Below are positions 1 through 14,856 of a stretch of DNA of 64,000 nt, piece after piece. The position numbers and the translations under genes are program-made. The notes beneath the pieces are model-generated. The model was not told the origin of the DNA, did not search any database, and saw only the letters and a program-made list of their open reading frames with translations. Numbering within the stretch: the first letter of the stretch is position 1; every line of letters begins with the position of its first letter. The stretch comes from Rickettsia typhi (GTDB taxonomy: Bacteria; Pseudomonadota; Alphaproteobacteria; Rickettsiales; JABSSG01). Where the stretch lies: positions 4,242-68,241 of the forward strand of contig CAMDPW010000002.1 in the NCBI GenBank assembly GCA_945905715.1, read 5' to 3'.

Positions 1-3000
1 GAAGCAGGTGATGAATTCACTACAGAAAATATCAAGTACTTAGAGACTTTGGGTATCACGAAATTATTAACGCTTGCAATTGATAACCAGTTAGTTGGAC
101 CTTATATTAGAAATAGCTTAAAGGCTGATAAAAATTCTTCACAAGAAGAGGCGCTTTATGATATATTTCGCGTGATTAGACCTGGTGAGCCACCAACATA
201 CGACACAGCAAGCAATTTATTTAATTCTTTATTTTTTGATAGCAGCAGGTACGATCTTTCAAATGTTGGTCGAATGAAATTAAATGCCCGCTTAGATTTG
301 CGGCTCAGTGAAGAAACAACTATATTAACCAAAAACGATATCCAGCAAATTATCAAAGTATTAGTACAATTACGTGATGGTATTGGTGAAATTGATGATA
401 TTGATCATTTAGGAAACAGAAGGGTGAGATCCGTAGGTGAGTTGGTAGAAAATCAATTTAGACTTGGCATAATTCGTATGGAAAGAACGATTTTAGAGCG
501 CATGTCCTCTAGCGAAGTTAACACGATCATGCCTAATGATTTGATTAATTCAAAAGTATTGATTAGTGTCATTAAGGAGTTTTTTGGTACTTCTCAATTG
601 TCGCAATTTATGGATCAGACTAATCCATTATCTGAAATAACTCATAAACGTAGACTGTCTGCTCTTGGTCCGGGTGGATTAACTAGGGATCGCGCTGGGT
701 TTGAGGTTCGCGATGTTCACACAACTCATTATGGTAGAATTTGTCCGATTGAAACCCCAGAAGGTCCAAATATTGGTTTAATCAATAGTTTGTCTTCGTT
801 TGCAACGATCAATAAATATGGCTTTATTGAAAGTCCATATTGTAGGGTTACGAATGGTCAAGTTACAGATGAGGTAGTGTATCTATCTGCAATCGAAGAA
901 GCTAAGTATGTGATTGCACAAGCAACCTTGAAGCTTGATAAAAATGGAAGATTTATTGGCGACTTAGTAAGTTGCAGGAAAAATGGCGATTTCATAATGG
1001 CAACCCCAGAACATATTGATTTTGTTGACGTGTCACCAATGCAAGTAGTGTCGATTGCTACTTCTTTAATACCTTTTCTTGAGAATGATGATGCCAACCG
1101 CGCTTTAATGGGATCAAACATGCAACGTCAAGCTGTACCGCTCATGAGAAGCGATGCGCCACTAGTTGGCACGGGCATAGAGAGTATTGTAGCTCACGAT
1201 TCCGGCGCTTGTATTGCTGCTACTCGCAATGGTGTTATCGATCAAGTGGATAGTACGCGCATCGTACTGCGTTATGACGCAAGTAAAGATGGATCTCCTG
1301 GAGTAGAAATCTATAATTTATCAAAATTTCAGAAGTCAAATTACAGCACCTGCATTAATCAAAAACCTCTAGTAAAAGTTGGTGACCATGTACAAAAAGG
1401 CGAAATAATTGCTGATGGTCCTTGTACAGATCGTGGTGAATTAGCCTTAGGGCGTAATGTTCTTGTGGCTTTTATGCCATGGAATGGTTACAATTTTGAA
1501 GATTCGATTTTGATCTCTGAGAAATTAGTAAGAGAAGATGTATTTACTTCGATTCATATTGAAGAATTTGAAGTAGTTGCGCGAGATACTAGACTTGGCC
1601 CTGAAGAAATCACACGAGACATACCTAATGTTAACGATGAAAATTTTCGACACTTGGACGAAGTAGGTATAGTTCATGTTGGTGCAGAAGTAAAATCTGG
1701 TGATATTTTAGTGGGCAAAGTTACGCCAAAAAGCGAATCACCAATGACAGCTGAAGAAAAACTTCTTAGAGCTATCTTCGGTGAAAAAGCTGCAGATGTA
1801 AGAGACTCATCATTACGAGTGCCACCTGGTGTGTCTGGTACTGTTGTTGAAGTTAGAGTTTTCTCAAGACGTGGCATTGAAAAAGATGAGCGTGCATTAA
1901 CCATAGAGCGAGAACAAATCAATAAGCTATCTAAAGATATGAATGATGAAATTGCAATTATTAGTGATTTTGTGTATATAAATCTGCATCAAATGCTGAT
2001 TAATCAAATAGCACAACCAGGACATAAAGGCATTAAATCAGAAATTGTTTTAAATAAAGAGGTTATTTCAGAATATAGTAAGTCTCAGTTATGGGATTTT
2101 GTAGTCAAAGATGATAAAGCAATGCAGCAAATAACTACACTTAAAGTAAAATTTGATTCTTCTGTAAAAAATATTAAAGAGCGTTATCAAAATAAAATTG
2201 CAAAAGTTCAGGCTGGTGATGACTTACCTCAAGGAGCTTTGAAACAAGTAAAAGTTTACATAGCTATGAAGCACAAACTGCAGCCAGGTGATAAAATGGC
2301 TGGTCGCCATGGTAATAAAGGTGTGATTTCAAAAATAGTACCAGAAGAAGATTTGCCTTATCTAGAAGACGGCACAATTGTTGATGTAGTACTTAATCCA
2401 TTGGGCGTGCCTTCAAGGATGAATGTTGGTCAAATTCTAGAAACTCATCTGGGTTGGGCTGCTGTAAATTTAGGTAAAAAAATTGGAAAAATGCTAGAGC
2501 TTGAGCAAAACAATAGCAACTTAGAAAGTCTAAGAGAATTCTTGCTGAGTATTTACGATAGCGGTAAGTTAGCTGAAGATCTTAAGAAAGCAAAACGCAA
2601 TGAATTGCTAGAATTATCCAAAAAATTGGCTAATGGCGTGTATTTCGCTACTCCAGTTTTCGATGGAGCAAAATCAGACGATATTATCAGAATGCTTGAA
2701 ATATCTGATGTCAACACATCTGGACAGGTACAGTTAATTGATGGTCGAACTGGAGAATTTTTTGATAGAAAAGTAACGGTTGGCTATATTTACATGCTAA
2801 AATTGCATCACTTAGTTGATGATAAAATTCACGCACGATCTATTGGTCCGTACAGCTTGGTTACGCAACAGCCTCTTGGTGGAAAGTCTCATTTTGGTGG
2901 CCAGAGATTTGGTGAAATGGAGTGCTGGGCATTGCAAGCATATGGAGCGGCGTACACTCTTCAAGAAATGCTTACCGTAAAATCAGATGATGTTGTTGGT

Positions 3001-3132
3001 AGAGTAAGAATTTTTGAATCAATAGTACGTGGTGATAATAATTTTGAGTCTGGTGTACCAGAGTCATTTAATGTAATGATCAAAGAATTAAGATCGTTAT
3101 GTTTGAATATAGAATTAGGATCTGCAGAATAA
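1..3132 (+). CDS. rpoB: DNA-directed RNA polymerase subunit beta, 5' end cut by window edge
   Basis: Frame 1 is open from nt 1 ([20 protein letters not shown]...), so the listed start at 49 is not the real start. Motifs [28 protein letters not shown] and [10 protein letters not shown] are present. rpoC follows 16 nt downstream. Confidence 0.97.
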   Translation, partial: EAGDEFTTENIKYLETLGITKLLTLAIDNQLVGPYIRNSLKADKNSSQEEALYDIFRVIRPGEPPTYDTASNLFNSLFFDSSRYDLSNVGRMKLNARLDLRLSEETTILTKNDIQQIIKVLVQLRDGIGEIDDIDHLGNRRVRSVGELVENQFRLGIIRMERTILERMSSSEVNTIMPNDLINSKVLISVIKEFFGTSQLSQFMDQTNPLSEITHKRRLSALGPGGLTRDRAGFEVRDVHTTHYGRICPIETPEGPNIGLINSLSSFATINKYGFIESPYCRVTNGQVTDEVVYLSAIEEAKYVIAQATLKLDKNGRFIGDLVSCRKNGDFIMATPEHIDFVDVSPMQVVSIATSLIPFLENDDANRALMGSNMQRQAVPLMRSDAPLVGTGIESIVAHDSGACIAATRNGVIDQVDSTRIVLRYDASKDGSPGVEIYNLSKFQKSNYSTCINQKPLVKVGDHVQKGEIIADGPCTDRGELALGRNVLVAFMPWNGYNFEDSILISEKLVREDVFTSIHIEEFEVVARDTRLGPEEITRDIPNVNDENFRHLDEVGIVHVGAEVKSGDILVGKVTPKSESPMTAEEKLLRAIFGEKAADVRDSSLRVPPGVSGTVVEVRVFSRRGIEKDERALTIEREQINKLSKDMNDEIAIISDFVYINLHQMLINQIAQPGHKGIKSEIVLNKEVISEYSKSQLWDFVVKDDKAMQQITTLKVKFDSSVKNIKERYQNKIAKVQAGDDLPQGALKQVKVYIAMKHKLQPGDKMAGRHGNKGVISKIVPEEDLPYLEDGTIVDVVLNPLGVPSRMNVGQILETHLGWAAVNLGKKIGKMLELEQNNSNLESLREFLLSIYDSGKLAEDLKKAKRNELLELSKKLANGVYFATPVFDGAKSDDIIRMLEISDVNTSGQVQLIDGRTGEFFDRKVTVGYIYMLKLHHLVDDKIHARSIGPYSLVTQQPLGGKSHFGGQRFGEMECWALQAYGAAYTLQEMLTVKSDDVVGRVRIFESIVRGDNNFESGVPESFNVMIKELRSLCLNIELGSAE

Positions 3133-3145
3133 TTATTTAGGTTAA

Positions 3146-7315
<4,170 letters not shown>

Positions 7316-7331
7316 AAGGTTTTATTGCTTG

Positions 7332-7354
7332 AGGCTATTTTTGCCTATTTTTTT
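7332..7354 (+). terminator. Weak candidate intrinsic terminator after rpoC
   Basis: Short stem aggc(7332-7335)/gcct(7343-7346) followed by a T-run at 7348-7354, 17 nt after the rpoC stop. The stem is only 4 bp. Confidence 0.3.
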
Positions 7355-7492
7355 ACCTTTGTTGTAAAAAGAAGGCTTAAATTTTTTAAATACGAAGTCA
7401 AGAATGTGTTTTTATACTATCTATAGAAGCAATCGTGTATGGTTGTATTATGCTATATTGCAATAAACTACAATGAAAAATAGTATTGAGAG

Positions 7493-7918
7493 ATGAAAAA
7501 GAAATTACCAGCAATCATAACGATATTGATTTTAGCAACGCTGGTATCAGGCTGTCTTACTGATTCTGTTAAGTTAAAAAAAGAGCCTCTAGAAGATGAT
7601 GACCAACAAAAAGCTATGGAGCACAATCAGTGTGTAAGCTACGGATTCCCTCCTAATACTATTGAGTACACCAATTGTCGAATGAAGCTTGATCAACAAC
7701 GAATAGAGAATACGTACCAAGAAAAACCACAAAATCAATCTAGCCAGAAACACTTTATAACTCTCTCTCAAGACAAAATAAAAGAACTCGATCAGCAACA
7801 AGAAAAAGAAAAAAGACAGCACCCACTAGTAGAGACAAGCAAGTCATATATGAGCAGAGACGAAATATCAAGAAAACAAAGAAACCAACCACCATCTCAT
7901 CCCCATACACCACGATAA
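7493..7918 (+). CDS. Small lipoprotein, unknown function
   Basis: Signal peptide plus lipobox (ILATLVSGC). Cys-pair segment CVSYGFPPNTIEYTNCRMKLDQQR, then a Q/E/K-rich low-complexity tail. Confidence 0.6.
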   Translation: MKKKLPAIITILILATLVSGCLTDSVKLKKEPLEDDDQQKAMEHNQCVSYGFPPNTIEYTNCRMKLDQQRIENTYQEKPQNQSSQKHFITLSQDKIKELDQQQEKEKRQHPLVETSKSYMSRDEISRKQRNQPPSHPHTPR

Positions 7919-8134
7919 ATTTTCTACTCTCTACTACTAAAGGAGGTTTGTTATACTATTCAAATAGTACATCACTAATATAATGCAGAGCAAATGTTAA
8001 AGAAAATTAATAGCAGAGTACCTGCATCGAAGTAGCTCTCAATTTATATTTGATAGTCATGACATGACGAGATTTCATAAATCTGCGCATCTACTAGTAC
8101 CTCAAATTATAGAGCAAAATGGTCAATTAGCGCA

Positions 8135-10912
8135 TTAAATAGGCAAATTAAATGTAAAAACAGCACCGTTATTACCATCGCTTTTGGCTAAGATACTGCC
8201 ACCATGCGCTTCTACAATCCGTTTGCAAAGAGCGAGACCAACGCCACGACCTCCTGCAAGAGTGCGCGTTTTAGAGCTCACAGTAAACTCACTGAATACA
8301 TCGGTTAGTTCACTAATTGGAATTCCTATTCCGTTATCAATTATACTGTAATGCACGAGATTATCAAAAGTATGTAACTTAGTAGTAATCAAACCTTTCT
8401 TGCAATAATTAATAGCATTAATAATTAAATTGTCAAACAACTGAGATAGGTAATATTTATCACCGTTAATTATAATGCCTTCTGCGATATCAATGATAAA
8501 CTCTCTATCTTTCTTATTTTCCTCATATAATTTACGGCAAACCTTCAACCGATTATGAGCCAAACTACTTAGGTCAACTATTGCTTTTTGAATATTATAG
8601 TCAGATTTACTTAACTTAGATAAAAGAGTGATATTCGCATCAAAAGACTCTAAACGCGCAGAACTTTTGAAAATGGTTTCCACAGCCTGTTTGCGCTGCT
8701 TATCAGTGAACTTATCATAGGACTCCCATAATGTTGCAGCCATACTAGTGATGCCTGTCATCGGCGCACGATATTCGTGACTAATATTGCGAATAAATTC
8801 TCCTCTTAATGCTAAAGCTTTCTTGAGCAATTTTTCTTGAGTATCTATTCGATCATGTAAATGCTCGTTCCTTTCCTCAGTTAATATTTGCTGTTCTTGT
8901 TTAGGTCTCAGGAAAATAATCAATGTGCTGACAATTAATAGTAATAAATAAACCACCTTAAATTGCAAGGATAATAGATCGTTTTGTGGGCCTACATGTA
9001 TACATTGCTGATAAAAAATGGTTGTGATAATTATGCCAAGAGTAATAGTAACTAAAGACCACCGCCAAGTTACCACCGAAGATAGTATGATAATATTGAC
9101 CATAAATACCATAAGTTGAATTTCAGAAAAACCACTAATTAATATCAGTAAAAAACTAAAACAGATCAATACAGAGAACATGCTAATATTCCAGCATACG
9201 CCAATTAAGCCAGTATCTTTCCAGCTTGATAACCATAGAGGGTAACTTAGAAGGGCTGCAGAAGCGCAGAAAGTCATTGGATATATTACACTCAATAAAT
9301 ATGCGTATTGTAGTTGCGACTCTTTGTCTAAAGTATAAGTACTACTAAAGGCAGAAATCATGATAAATAACCCTAATATTGAGACCAAGCCTTCGCCTTG
9401 AGGGCAATTTTTTTTGCAAGCATCAATGATATTAAAAAATTTGATATTAATTAAGAGCTGTTTGAATTTGAGTTTACGTTCATTACGAATATTAACAAGT
9501 GGTGCATTATCTTTAATCCCAACCCAACCACCTTTTTGCTTTAATAAGTAATGACTACCCATAAGAACCATTAAATTAGAAATCATAGCAAAGCAAATGC
9601 TATTTACAGCTTGAATCTGTAGAACATAGTCCCACAATAAAACTGTTGCAAATCCAGCTGTCATACCTAATATCACCGATTTTGCAGTACTTCTAAAGCC
9701 TAAAATTGCCATGACAAAAGGTACTGATACTATGGGCGCGTAGAAAGATTCTGTGATTACCAACAACTCCAGTAAACTACCATTCTGTAGCGATAAAATT
9801 AATGACAAGCTGCCGAGTAATATCGAGCTTATACGCGCAGCAAATATTTCATTTGTAATGAATCTTATTTTTAATGGTTTACAAAAATCATGAATTACGA
9901 TAACTGCTGTAGAGTTAATGCATGAATCGACAGTAGACATAATCATTGCCATAACCCCAGCTAGCATCATTCCTTTTAATCCCACATAAGACGAATTTAG
10001 CATCACATGCTTAACAACATCATTTGCGTTAAGCAAAGGATTAATTGACAAGGTTAATACCGCAATCCAATTGATCATTATTCCAAGTAATAAACAAGTA
10101 ATAGCAGCAATAATAAATGAGGCTCTGACTTGATTAGTGTTTTTTGCTATAGAGATTCTTTGAAAAATCTGCGGACTGAATCCAGGAGATATAAAGAACA
10201 AAAATAGAAACAGCTGCTTACGTGAGAACGGCTCAGAAAAATCAAAAACCTCCTTATAATTAAATAATGGATTAGTGGCCAAGGTATGTGAAATAGTATC
10301 AAGATTAGCAATACTAGTTAAAAGAGCATAAGCTAGCACTGGCACGGCAACTCCAAAAGTAAGAAACTGTATCACATCCGTAAAAGTCACTGATTTGACA
10401 CCACCCATAGCTGAATATAAAGTTACTATAGCCGTTGCCATGATTACGCCATAAATACTTGGAATGTCAAGCGCATACTCAAAAATTGTACCTGCTAATT
10501 TTAATTGTATTCCTACTAACCCTGCCGTACCTATAACACTTGCAATAGCAGTAATGATTCTCACATGCTTGCCATATAAATCTCCCATAGCCTCCGCGAC
10601 TGATAAATTACCTAAAAACTCTCCCATTCGCGGTGCAAAAAATAATCCAATACATAGAAGATATAATGGATCACCTAGTGCAATCCATATGGAGTATAAT
10701 CCATTTACATAGGCCTCAGAAATGCTACTATAAAAGAACTCTCCACTAATCCAAGTTGCAACAATAGTAGCGACAATAGTGGCAGTACTAAAATTACGGT
10801 CACCTACAGCATATTGCTTAATAGTATTAGTACCACGGCTTGAAAATAAACCAATAACCACCGTAACGGCCAAAAATCCTATAAAAATAGTTGAATCTAG
10901 ATTGAAAGTCAT
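8135..10912 (-). CDS. Hybrid sensor: sodium:solute symporter (SSF/SLC5)-like domain, second ~6-TM bundle, HisKA/HATPase histidine kinase
   Basis: 925 aa. The N-terminal ~480 aa are polytopic and SSF-like (GDRNFSTATIVATIVATWISG...). Residues ~505-665 hold six more hydrophobic helices. The C-terminus has H-box ISHEYRAPMT, an N-box-like NLIINAINY, G-boxes DNGIGIP and GGRGVGLALC. Confidence 0.8.
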   Translation of the reverse strand: MTFNLDSTIFIGFLAVTVVIGLFSSRGTNTIKQYAVGDRNFSTATIVATIVATWISGEFFYSSISEAYVNGLYSIWIALGDPLYLLCIGLFFAPRMGEFLGNLSVAEAMGDLYGKHVRIITAIASVIGTAGLVGIQLKLAGTIFEYALDIPSIYGVIMATAIVTLYSAMGGVKSVTFTDVIQFLTFGVAVPVLAYALLTSIANLDTISHTLATNPLFNYKEVFDFSEPFSRKQLFLFLFFISPGFSPQIFQRISIAKNTNQVRASFIIAAITCLLLGIMINWIAVLTLSINPLLNANDVVKHVMLNSSYVGLKGMMLAGVMAMIMSTVDSCINSTAVIVIHDFCKPLKIRFITNEIFAARISSILLGSLSLILSLQNGSLLELLVITESFYAPIVSVPFVMAILGFRSTAKSVILGMTAGFATVLLWDYVLQIQAVNSICFAMISNLMVLMGSHYLLKQKGGWVGIKDNAPLVNIRNERKLKFKQLLINIKFFNIIDACKKNCPQGEGLVSILGLFIMISAFSSTYTLDKESQLQYAYLLSVIYPMTFCASAALLSYPLWLSSWKDTGLIGVCWNISMFSVLICFSFLLILISGFSEIQLMVFMVNIIILSSVVTWRWSLVTITLGIIITTIFYQQCIHVGPQNDLLSLQFKVVYLLLLIVSTLIIFLRPKQEQQILTEERNEHLHDRIDTQEKLLKKALALRGEFIRNISHEYRAPMTGITSMAATLWESYDKFTDKQRKQAVETIFKSSARLESFDANITLLSKLSKSDYNIQKAIVDLSSLAHNRLKVCRKLYEENKKDREFIIDIAEGIIINGDKYYLSQLFDNLIINAINYCKKGLITTKLHTFDNLVHYSIIDNGIGIPISELTDVFSEFTVSSKTRTLAGGRGVGLALCKRIVEAHGGSILAKSDGNNGAVFTFNLPI

Positions 10913-11539
10913 AAAACATTTTTTATTTACTTAAGTGCGTTATTCAAAAGCAACGTATACAACATATCAAGGTCAGTACCTTACGTACCTCTTTTGGTCC
11001 TTTTTATAATTACATATTGCAACTCTCTACTCCCAAGAAATCGCTGTTCATGCATGATTTCCTGCCTCATACTAATATTCACGGTACAAATGTATCATCC
11101 AATAGTTAAAATATAATTAATAAAATCTGATTTAAAATTCAGTGTAAAAAATATTATTTGCAAAGACAATGCTAAACTTCATAAAATAGTGTGATCTATT
11201 TTGAACGCTTGTTATTATCTTTATAACAATGCACTGGCTAAAATTGAAGTTCTATGATAAAATGAATTAGTGCATATGTAAACAACACCTAGAAAAAACA
11301 GCGCAAATAGTCAGTAAAAAAAACAAGTCAAAAGAAATAAACCTTTAATCAAACGCTCTGTCTATCTAAAAAAAGACTCGCTTCCTAAGCTTGAGTAAAG
11401 ATGTACTATTGAGGTAATTCTTATGATAAAAAAGACCGTTGCTTGAAGGAAAGATATATTTTATACATTTGTCTTGCCTTATCTTGTCAAAAGTCAATAA
11501 GATTAGTATAAAGCATTATTTCTGATTTGGAATCCAACA

Positions 11540-12856
11540 ATGACAAATATAAAAACTAACAAGAACATGTCTTTATTCCAGACTAAAAATGCTACTAAAC
11601 CACTAGCTGACGCAATTAGACCGAGCTGCTTTGAACAAGTCTTTGGACAGCAGCATTTGCTGGGTTTAAACTCGCCGCTTGTACGCATGCTAAACTCTAG
11701 TCACTTTACTAATATAATCTTATGGGGGCCTCCTGGATGTGGAAAAACCACTATTGCCAAAATTATTGCTAAACAAAGTGGCTTGCATTTTCATTCGATC
11801 TCAGCCGTCATGAGTAGTACTGCTGAACTTAGAGAAATCTTGCGTCAAGCAAAAGAGAGAAAGCAGAGCTCGGGCACTCTGTTATTAGTGGATGAGATTC
11901 ATCACTTTAATCGTACCCAGCAAGATATATTTTTGCCTTACTTAGAAAACGGCACCATAATTTTAGTTGGTGCTACTACAGAAAATCCGTCATTTGAATT
12001 AAATAGCGCTTTACTTTCACGTTGTAAAGTGTTGGCACTTAATAGACTTGATCTTCAGGCTTTAGAAGAAATCATTACTAGAGTCGAAAACATATCGAAT
12101 CGCCCCCTGCCCATAACAGTAGATGCAAGAGTAATGCTTTGCAATATGTCTGACGGTGATGGTCGTTATTTATTAAATATGTGCGAAGAGTTACTCAGTA
12201 TAAACACAAGTAAGCAATTTTCTGCTAGAGAGCTGCTATTATTACTACAAAAACGTATGCCACTATATGATAAGTCTCAAGAAGGTCATCACAATCTCAT
12301 TAGCGCATTGCATAAATCTTTACGTGGATCAGATAGTGATGCAGGTGTCTATTGGTTGCAACGTATGCTAGATGGCGGAGAAAACCCTCTATATATTATC
12401 AGACGTTTAGTAAGATTTGCTACTGAAGATATTGGACTTGCTGATCCTCAAGCGCTAGTACAAGCTTTAGCTGCTAAGGATGCTTATGAGTTCCTAGGTT
12501 TGCCAGAAGGAGAGTTAGCCATAATCCAGGCTGTACTGTATTTAGCTACCTCTCCTAAGTCTAATGCTACTTACATCGCTCACAAGACAGCTAAAGTTGA
12601 TGCGCAAAAATATGGCTCACTACCGCCACCTAAGCATGTCTTGAATGCACCAACAAGCATGATGAAAAAGCAAGGATACGGGGTAGGTTATCAATATGAT
12701 CATGATGTAGCTACAGGATTTTCTGGTCAAAACTACTTTCCAGAAAAAATGACAAGAAAAAAATATTACCACCCGGTTGAGCGTGGCTTCGAAAGAGAAA
12801 TTAGAAAACGCCTGTACTATTTTGATAAATTGAGAGAAAAAAAGATTGATAACTGA
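11540..12856 (+). CDS. rarA: Replication-associated recombination protein A (AAA+ ATPase RarA/MgsA)
   Basis: Walker A GPPGCGKTT, Walker B LLLVDEIHHFN, and C-terminal MgsA-type region (HNLISALHKSLRGSD, YWLQRMLDGGENPLYIIRRL). The start could instead be the internal Met at aa 10. Confidence 0.9.
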   Translation: MTNIKTNKNMSLFQTKNATKPLADAIRPSCFEQVFGQQHLLGLNSPLVRMLNSSHFTNIILWGPPGCGKTTIAKIIAKQSGLHFHSISAVMSSTAELREILRQAKERKQSSGTLLLVDEIHHFNRTQQDIFLPYLENGTIILVGATTENPSFELNSALLSRCKVLALNRLDLQALEEIITRVENISNRPLPITVDARVMLCNMSDGDGRYLLNMCEELLSINTSKQFSARELLLLLQKRMPLYDKSQEGHHNLISALHKSLRGSDSDAGVYWLQRMLDGGENPLYIIRRLVRFATEDIGLADPQALVQALAAKDAYEFLGLPEGELAIIQAVLYLATSPKSNATYIAHKTAKVDAQKYGSLPPPKHVLNAPTSMMKKQGYGVGYQYDHDVATGFSGQNYFPEKMTRKKYYHPVERGFEREIRKRLYYFDKLREKKIDN

Positions 12857-13062
12857 TTTTACTATCTTTTAGTACATTGGATAGAAGTTAAAGACTTACA
12901 ATACACTAAGAATGCTACATAAAGTACCGACTCATTCAAAATACCTCTGTCATAGCAAACTAGAAAAAACCTTAAAAAAATAACAAAATCATGCCTTTAG
13001 TACCAAGTCTCCTTCCATTAGCTCTTGCGCCGAGATCGCCACAAGGTGTATAACTCTCATTG

Positions 13063-14016
13063 CTACGATAATTCCGATACTTTGGATAATATAATAGCAT
13101 CCCAAGTCAAAGCTTCCATTGTGTGATTATCTAATAGTCTATACAGCTCATTCATTGCAACAAAAGTGGTTGGGCAAGTTACATTGATTTCTGTTATATA
13201 TTCTCCTATAATATCTATTCCAGCTATCATGATACCACGAGATAAGAGCTCTTTACCAATAACCTGACACATTTGTAACTCATGAGTACTAATCTCAGTT
13301 TTAGTTGCCGTACCACCAGCAACAAGATTAGCTTTAAAATCATTAACTGATGGCACTCTATTTACTGCCCCAGCAAACTGACCATTAATGAGAATAACTC
13401 TCTTATCTCCCAATTTTACTTCAGGTAGAAACTTTTGCACCACTACTGCTGTAGAATATTTTTGAACAAGATGGCTAAAAATTTGCACTAAATACTCTTC
13501 ATTGTCCACTAAAAAAATATCCGTTCCACCGAATGAATATAAAGGCTTTAATACGACTTTTTTGTGTTGTAAAAAAAAATCTTTTATTGCGTCAATATCT
13601 TGTGCAACCATTGTAGGTGGCATGAACTCTGGATAGTTACAAATAAATAATTTTTCTGGCAAATCACGGACTGCTTTTGGATTGTTCACTATTAAAGTAT
13701 GAGGATGAATCTTTTCTAGCAAGTACGTGGCTGTAATATATTCCATATCAAAAGGCGGTTCCTGCCTCATTAATATAACATCGAACTCTTCTAGGCACAC
13801 TACAGATAAACACCCTAATTCATAAGTTTCTACAGTAATTGTTATACTTTGACACCTAGCATACACTTTGCCAGAAGTGAAGAACATTTGTTTTGGTGTA
13901 TAGCAATAAACTAAGAAACCGCGTTTTTGTGCTTCTTTTATTAGGCATATAGTTGAATCAGTCTTAAAATTCAGCAGATGAATTGGGTCCATCTGCACTC
14001 CAACTTTTAAAGTCAT
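13063..14016 (-). CDS. gshB: Glutathione synthetase (ATP-grasp, prokaryotic GshB)
   Basis: Collinear with my recollection of E. coli GshB: VGVQMDPI, DVILMRQEPPFD, LIVNNP, EKLF, VLKPL..GG, GDKRVILING, ANLVAGG, GIDIIGEYITEINVT. Confidence 0.9.
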   Translation of the reverse strand: MTLKVGVQMDPIHLLNFKTDSTICLIKEAQKRGFLVYCYTPKQMFFTSGKVYARCQSITITVETYELGCLSVVCLEEFDVILMRQEPPFDMEYITATYLLEKIHPHTLIVNNPKAVRDLPEKLFICNYPEFMPPTMVAQDIDAIKDFFLQHKKVVLKPLYSFGGTDIFLVDNEEYLVQIFSHLVQKYSTAVVVQKFLPEVKLGDKRVILINGQFAGAVNRVPSVNDFKANLVAGGTATKTEISTHELQMCQVIGKELLSRGIMIAGIDIIGEYITEINVTCPTTFVAMNELYRLLDNHTMEALTWDAIILSKVSELS

Positions 14017-14034
14017 AAAATACCCCTCACTGAC

Positions 14035-14853
14035 TTAAAAACTGCCGTCAAACACCTCTTCTTTTTGCCAATCTTCTGATTTATCGGTATTAGCTGTATT
14101 ATCGAGGACAGCATTTGACTTTGCGATTGATTCGTTTGTTGGTAATAGTTCAGTAGTAACGGGCATGGGCTCAGCATTGTACTCGTACATTGGTGAATTG
14201 GTAGCATTACTGCCTCTGGTTTTTTCTACTCTACTCTCTAGATCTCCTTGCACTTTTACATAAGAAACCACTTTTTCAACTCCACTAACTGTCGCTGCAA
14301 TATCAGTGACTGTGTCTAACTCTTCTTGGGTACGCGCTATACCTATTAGATACACTGCCCCTTCTATAGTCACAATGTTATAATTTATTGATTTCACTCC
14401 ACCAGTTATAAGCATCTTACTTTTAATGCGAGTTGTAATCCAAGAGTCCTTGCTGTATCCTACAAAATCTTTCTGGTCACTTTCGCTAATTTTGAGCTCA
14501 TTAATAACTTCTTTGACCCCATCTTGATCCCAGCATACACGAATAACTTTTAACATAGTATCACTTGATAATACGTATCCAGTAAGTAAGACTCTGCCTT
14601 CACTAACTTTGACATTAACAGAACCCACTAGACTATCAAGGTTATTAGCAATGAAAGATGCTCTGATTTTTGTCCAGATAGTGCTGTCACTCACTACTTC
14701 TCCAACGGTCTTATCTTGTGATAGAATCTTACTACCAGCTGCAGCTCCACCTATAATCACTGGTACACAGCCATTCAGCATAAATGTTGATATAGCTAAA
14801 AACATTGCTAAGAAAGTAGTTATCTTAAATTGCCGAATCATATAGTTACTCAT
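14035..14853 (-). CDS. BON-domain lipoprotein (OsmY/DolP-like) with extended C-terminal tail
   Basis: Signal peptide plus lipobox (FMLNGC). Repeated BON-like units (VNVKVSEGRVLLTGYV, YNIVTIEGAVYLIGIA, VEKVVSYVKV). Confidence 0.7.
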   Translation of the reverse strand: MSNYMIRQFKITTFLAMFLAISTFMLNGCVPVIIGGAAAGSKILSQDKTVGEVVSDSTIWTKIRASFIANNLDSLVGSVNVKVSEGRVLLTGYVLSSDTMLKVIRVCWDQDGVKEVINELKISESDQKDFVGYSKDSWITTRIKSKMLITGGVKSINYNIVTIEGAVYLIGIARTQEELDTVTDIAATVSGVEKVVSYVKVQGDLESRVEKTRGSNATNSPMYEYNAEPMPVTTELLPTNESIAKSNAVLDNTANTDKSEDWQKEEVFDGSF

Positions 14854-14856
14854 TAA

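Noticed and set aside
10913-11539. 627-bp intergenic region between the divergent sensor kinase and rarA genes, inspected for an sRNA, riboswitch or hidden gene.
   Set aside because: By eye I found no conserved RNA motif, no stable hairpin-plus-U-tract and no coding signal. It is probably two divergent promoters plus AT-rich spacer. Covariance-model searches would be needed for any stronger claim.
14013-14207. Short ORFs overlapping real gene ends: 14013-14207, 18316-18564, 43372-43578, 63607-63813.
   Set aside because: They overlap the 3' or 5' ends of well-supported genes (BON protein, ABC exporter, ctaA, UDG/queD) in other frames and have implausible low-complexity sequences.
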